Below are positions 59,384-64,000 of a DNA stretch of 64,000 nt, piece by piece. Origin of the DNA: Oopsacas minuta (taxonomy: Eukaryota > Animalia > Porifera); the NCBI GenBank assembly GCA_024704765.1, contig JAKMXF010000044.1:744001-808000 (forward strand), in the 5' to 3' direction. How positions within the stretch are numbered: the first letter of the stretch is position 1; each line of letters starts with the position of its first letter. The position numbers and the translations under genes were made by a program. The notes below the pieces were generated by a model. That model did not search any database and was not told the origin of the DNA. It saw only the letters and a list, made by a program, of their open reading frames with translations.

Positions 59384-62300
59384 TCATGTAGTGACATATC
59401 CACATAGTGGATCCATCCTGTAAGGACTGAATATAAGATTATTATCAAGGAATATATCCAAGTCTAGTGCTGCTATCCTCTCAGCCTCTGTAGCTAGACC
59501 CATGAGGGTGACATGGTTCATAGCCTCTCTGAGAGAGTTCTCCATCTGTACACAATTCTTTTGGAAGTAAAATTTAGCCACTGGCCTATTCTTGAGGATA
59601 TTCTTGGCAACAACTTGAAGTCTATTGATTATAGCAATAGTATATCTAGCTGTAGAAGGCTCTGTGAATTGCCCTGGCATGGAGGAGATCTTTTCTCTGA
59701 AAACTTCAAAACGTGAGTACTCATTCTGTGATAGAGTCATTTCTTTTGTAAAATCCTTCACCAATGTCATATATATCAGATCTAGAGTATTCAGTGTAAA
59801 CCCTGAGGGTGTGACTAGTCTCCATGAAGCACAAGGTAATCGATTAGATAGCACAGTCATTAGTGTGTTGATCTTCATGGCTGTAGGGAGGGCAGATATT
59901 ACACATAGGATAGTTTGACCTAGATTGCTACCGAATGGAACGCTATTGAAGTCAGGCTGTATATAGGGATTATCGTATTTGAAGTTCTCTTTTCTAGGTA
60001 GTATAGTATCAAACATAAAGAAGTTCACATTACGAGCTAGAGGAAACTCAACGACATGAATATTCCTCTCTTCACCATTGGAAGGACGACTAAATGTAAC
60101 ATTATTACAAGTGAATATGAATTTAACAATAGTGCATTTCCTCTCCCATAGCACAGACGTAGGATTAATAACACAGAGAGGATGTAGCTTGGATTCAGGC
60201 CGTATAGTCTTGATTTTATAGAGTGCCTGCTTCTCAGTTAGTGTATTGTCATCATCAGGTAATATGTTAACCATACATAAAGTTTGAATTAACTTAACTC
60301 TACTACTACTAGTATTTTCTGAATCAGGATTCATAAGAAAGAACATTCCAGAATCATAGTTTCTACGATTACCTGTCTTCCATTCAGAACCGTGAAAGAA
60401 GGAAATAACTTCCTGTATAGATATTCGTTTTAGATCAGCATGAGGGAATATAACTAATTGTCCTCTGAATATTTCGCTCCAATTGGTAGGAGGGTCAATG
60501 ACGTCATCTTGAGTCTGTGCTTCCAAATTCTTATACCTGCTCATGTCCCAGTAGTTAATATTAAGGCCTAATCCAATGAGTATACTCTCCCAGAAGCAGA
60601 GCTCTTGTTTGGTGAGAAGGCACAGAGAAACAACCAAAAGAACGTCATTAGGAGCTACTTCTAACTTAGTCATTTTACCAGGTGTTACATCTACATATCC
60701 AGATTTGTACTGAATTAATTTCTGTCTGAGCAATAAGTCCACCTGCCAAAGACACTTGTCATAAATGTCTGTATCATTAACTAACAACAGAATTATATCT
60801 ATTATGAAGCTACTTTTCGGGAGTAAATCCTTCACAACAATAGTAAGACTGTCAGGTACTTCGTGATTATAATAGATGTGGTATTCCTTATTATCGATAT
60901 TACCATTATACCCGATTGGCATGAGACGTTTATCCAGGTGGATAACCAGGGATAAGTACCCACCCGAATTGAGTGAGTATCCGTAATGCTTGCCGGATAT
61001 GTTCTCTATTGTTATCTTAAGATGAGATGAAGTTCCTCGGTTCTGCATAACGGGATAGGTTACTTTCTTGATAATGATTGGATACTGAACTTTAATAGTT
61101 TTAGGCGGGACTGGATCAGTGATGGAGCGGTTGTATAGGTCAACTTGTGTTTTGAAGGAGGCAATAGATAGAAATGGTTTCCTTGAATTGGGCGGGGGAA
61201 TATCGAATATCCTCCCATGCAGAATTTCCGTAACAGCATACTTCATACCTGGTTCAATTTCCGGGAGAGTGACGAACACATCTTCAAAGTTAATCGTGTC
61301 AGATGATATCATGCGGAATTTAGCGCCTGCTGGTAATGAGAGTTCTCCAGAATTATAAATCTTAATTCCATTAACACTAATTCTCTCACTAGGTTCGAAT
61401 ATATCATCGTCTACAGCTGAATTAAGAGATATTCCATCTGATAGAACTTCTATGTTAAACTTTGTAGAAGTAGAAAAGATTACTTCACCTCTGTCTCCAA
61501 GAACAACCCATCTAACTCCACCAGGAGACCCGTTCTCTCCTCGTGTCCCTTCAGATCCTCTCCTCCCCCAGGATCCAGGTTTTCCGCTTTGTCCGACCAG
61601 TCCAACCTTACCAGATGTTCCATGAAACCCAGCTGTACTATCATCGGTACCAGGACCACCCATACCTCCACGTCCCGCGTCTCCTCCTCCGCCTCCTTTC
61701 CCTCCTTCTCCCCTCTCTCCTCCTTTCCCGCCCTTCCCCCCTCTTCCTCCCTTCCCTCCCAGAGAGTTAACTTCAACTAGCGCAAATAGTGCAGGGTTAG
61801 TAGAGGATATAATAACTCTTCCTCCATCTCCTCCTCTCCCTCCACTCCCTCCACTCCCTCCGTTCCCCCCATCCCCACCATTCCCTCCTCTACCTCCGAA
61901 TCCCCCAGACTGTCCGGCACCCCCTGCACCTCCTGGTATCATAGCATCTATCCCTACCATCCCCTTGTGTCCATGTCCTCCCATACCACCCATACCACCG
62001 TTCCCACCATCACCTCCCTTACCACCCCTGCCTCCCTTCCCTCCAGACGCGTTTATGTACAGAATACTCTGAGTACTGCCTTTCCCTATGTCCAGCTGCT
62101 CCATAATACCCCCAGACAATAACAGGCGATCTGAGTTACCGGATAAGTTGAAGTAGAAATTTCTACCAGGTGTACCGTCAGAACCAGATAATCCATCTGT
62201 CCCGTGAGAACCAAACTTCCCCTCTTGTCCCTGGTGTCCTGGGCCCCCATAGAATCTCCCATCTGCTCCGCGGCACCCGTAAAATCCCATCGGAGAAGAG

Positions 62301-63382
62301 ATCCCGTGTATTCCATGCTCCCCACACCGCCCGCACAGGTGTATCTCGTACCCAGAATAACTGGTCCATCTCTGAAGTGCTAGGGTTGCCATCCTCTCTA
62401 CCTGGCAGTATGTGGGTGCTACGTCATCAAATGAGAGGGAAGAGATGTTGATTACTGGTGGCATATCCCTAGGTCTTAATATCTGATAAGGAAGAGGAGA
62501 ATTAGATTTGTTATCTAGAATTCTGGGATCATCAATGTAGAATTTATTCGTTTTGTGGTTGAGGTAGAACAATGAGTTGTCTGTTGGATCAAACAATTCT
62601 TGTACATCATCATTTAATCCCACTTCAATTCCGTAACCCAAACTTATCGGATAGCTCATAGGGTTACCGTAGGGAGGGAGGAATACGTCATGAGTGCTCT
62701 TGATTAAAGGTGTCTCCACGTTTCTAGGGAGAGGAGGGGCTGTGGGAATAGGGGCAGTCAGGTAGGTGTTGATATCTTCAGGTCTGTAGTAAGCCATTGG
62801 AAAACGTTTGACTGCTTCAATGTAAGTGGGAGGAGGAGTAGAGGGATGAGATTTGCGTCGCTTTATCGGAGTAGAATCGTCTCGAGTTTGGCTGACCCTT
62901 TTTAAGGTTTCTTTATGATCATAAGGTATCTCAAGGGTGATTACTTGCCAGGTAGCATGAGTATTATTTTTGTTCGAAACTTGACGATCTTCTTTATTAA
63001 ACAGATTATTTCCTTCATCCTTTAAACTGGCGAGTAATCTATGTAGTTGTACAATAGATTCACATTGTAATGGTCCCATATTCATAGAGCCTGAGATCCT
63101 AAATTTGGAGAGGGTAGAAAGATCATTTGAGGTAAACAAATAAGGAAATAAGAAAATCTCCCTCGGATAAGAGTTGAGTGAGAAAGTAATCTGATCATTC
63201 TGTTTCTTCTTAGACTTAACATTTGTTACTATCGATAATAGAGTCTCATCTTCATTGCATAGTATTTCGATTGTAGAATAAACAAACTTGTTAAATAAGC
63301 CAACTCTAGTTTCGTACTTTACTTCAAATTTAGCAGGATGTATCAGGTGAGGAGACAGCTCTCCTGGTTGAGCTCTAGCCAT
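59384..63382 (-). CDS. Uncharacterised 1332-aa protein: PPxY, WW-like domain, (GGX)n glycine-rich region, large beta-rich C-terminal part; intronless
   Basis: Long intact ORF; PPPTY; WW-like FYLNHKTNKFYIDDPR; GGKGGRGGKGG repeats; DDIFEPSE...IYNSGELSLP motif after the Gly region. Confidence 0.85.
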   Translation of the reverse strand: MARAQPGELSPHLIHPAKFEVKYETRVGLFNKFVYSTIEILCNEDETLLSIVTNVKSKKKQNDQITFSLNSYPREIFLFPYLFTSNDLSTLSKFRISGSMNMGPLQCESIVQLHRLLASLKDEGNNLFNKEDRQVSNKNNTHATWQVITLEIPYDHKETLKRVSQTRDDSTPIKRRKSHPSTPPPTYIEAVKRFPMAYYRPEDINTYLTAPIPTAPPLPRNVETPLIKSTHDVFLPPYGNPMSYPISLGYGIEVGLNDDVQELFDPTDNSLFYLNHKTNKFYIDDPRILDNKSNSPLPYQILRPRDMPPVINISSLSFDDVAPTYCQVERMATLALQRWTSYSGYEIHLCGRCGEHGIHGISSPMGFYGCRGADGRFYGGPGHQGQEGKFGSHGTDGLSGSDGTPGRNFYFNLSGNSDRLLLSGGIMEQLDIGKGSTQSILYINASGGKGGRGGKGGDGGNGGMGGMGGHGHKGMVGIDAMIPGGAGGAGQSGGFGGRGGNGGDGGNGGSGGSGGRGGDGGRVIISSTNPALFALVEVNSLGGKGGRGGKGGKGGERGEGGKGGGGGDAGRGGMGGPGTDDSTAGFHGTSGKVGLVGQSGKPGSWGRRGSEGTRGENGSPGGVRWVVLGDRGEVIFSTSTKFNIEVLSDGISLNSAVDDDIFEPSERISVNGIKIYNSGELSLPAGAKFRMISSDTINFEDVFVTLPEIEPGMKYAVTEILHGRIFDIPPPNSRKPFLSIASFKTQVDLYNRSITDPVPPKTIKVQYPIIIKKVTYPVMQNRGTSSHLKITIENISGKHYGYSLNSGGYLSLVIHLDKRLMPIGYNGNIDNKEYHIYYNHEVPDSLTIVVKDLLPKSSFIIDIILLLVNDTDIYDKCLWQVDLLLRQKLIQYKSGYVDVTPGKMTKLEVAPNDVLLVVSLCLLTKQELCFWESILIGLGLNINYWDMSRYKNLEAQTQDDVIDPPTNWSEIFRGQLVIFPHADLKRISIQEVISFFHGSEWKTGNRRNYDSGMFFLMNPDSENTSSSRVKLIQTLCMVNILPDDDNTLTEKQALYKIKTIRPESKLHPLCVINPTSVLWERKCTIVKFIFTCNNVTFSRPSNGEERNIHVVEFPLARNVNFFMFDTILPRKENFKYDNPYIQPDFNSVPFGSNLGQTILCVISALPTAMKINTLMTVLSNRLPCASWRLVTPSGFTLNTLDLIYMTLVKDFTKEMTLSQNEYSRFEVFREKISSMPGQFTEPSTARYTIAIINRLQVVAKNILKNRPVAKFYFQKNCVQMENSLREAMNHVTLMGLATEAERIAALDLDIFLDNNLIFSPYRMDPLCGYVTT

Positions 63383-64000
63383 TAATGGAAGATAACGCTA
63401 ACATAATTACAATAAATTAGTGAATATGTTATTCTCGGAAAGGATGACATAGTTGGAATTGGGTCCACTTTTCAGACCCGAACCCACTTCCCAACTCTGA
63501 ATGAGCAACAACTTGAATCCTATAACATGACTAAATCTGTACAAAATAGATTGATATGACGTTGCTAGGATATAGTTATAGACTCATAGCCATACCTAGG
63601 TCACCCTAACGTCTTAAGGAACTAGTGGTATCAGCCAGTCTGCTTTATTAAATGTTGTGATATATGTCAACCTTGTAACGGTTGTCGTGCAGTTGCCTCA
63701 CATTTTGAAGCGACCTAGCTAAGAATCGTGCTACTTTTGAATAGATAAAGAAGCAGAGCTCGATATAGCATTTGGATGATTGAACTTACTCAGAATAAAT
63801 AATTTAGTAATCACGAGGATTAGATAGCATGCGATAAGAAGTCAAGTGATAGCTAAATGGATAGGAATAGATCTTATATTTGAAGGTTGGGTGTGTCAAA
63901 ATAAACTGTCCATGTAACTTGTTTCAATCTTAAGTTTTCACCAGCCTGAGCTAATTGCGACAATTGTCTGCTTCTCTCAGTAACCTTAGGACAACCATGG

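Noticed and set aside
61480-62451. Overlapping ORFs within the Gly-rich region of the 1332-aa gene
   Set aside because: Alternative-frame or antisense products of low-complexity coding sequence

Overview
Compact, AT-rich, intron-poor animal genomic DNA. It carries a multiplexin collagen, an ADAM-like gene and G-gamma subunits, and many large genes lack introns. That suggests an early-branching metazoan such as a sponge, but the taxonomy is inference. Host genes: STAMBP/AMSH (5' exon only), TMEM223, two head-to-head G-protein gamma subunits, a 6-exon DPP8/9, galactokinase, an orphan 7TM protein, Hakai/CBLL1 (partial), RPL37, an intronless collagen XV/XVIII-like gene, FLII, a BTB-pentapeptide KCTD, a protease-less ADAM-like gene, a divergent actin, TUBGCP3, a Maf-like pyrophosphatase, an LLPH-like gene and a 1332-aa glycine-rich protein. 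The standout is a full-length Transib/RAG1-like DNA transposon at 10916-14089. Both ends carry the V(D)J RSS heptamer CACAGTG, and a shared 9-mer sits 10 bp from it on the left and 19 bp on the right. A 5-bp target duplication is offset by one base. The frameshifted transposase keeps DDE and Zn ligands, a RAG1 nonamer-binding-domain-like N-terminus and a CCHC C-terminal tail, and there is no RAG2-like partner. The window also holds a TE cluster at 31.4-35.2 kb (LINE RT fragment, split hAT-like MITE, Ginger-type integrase transposon, 939-bp foldback) and many MITEs. No tRNA, rRNA or CRISPR array was seen.
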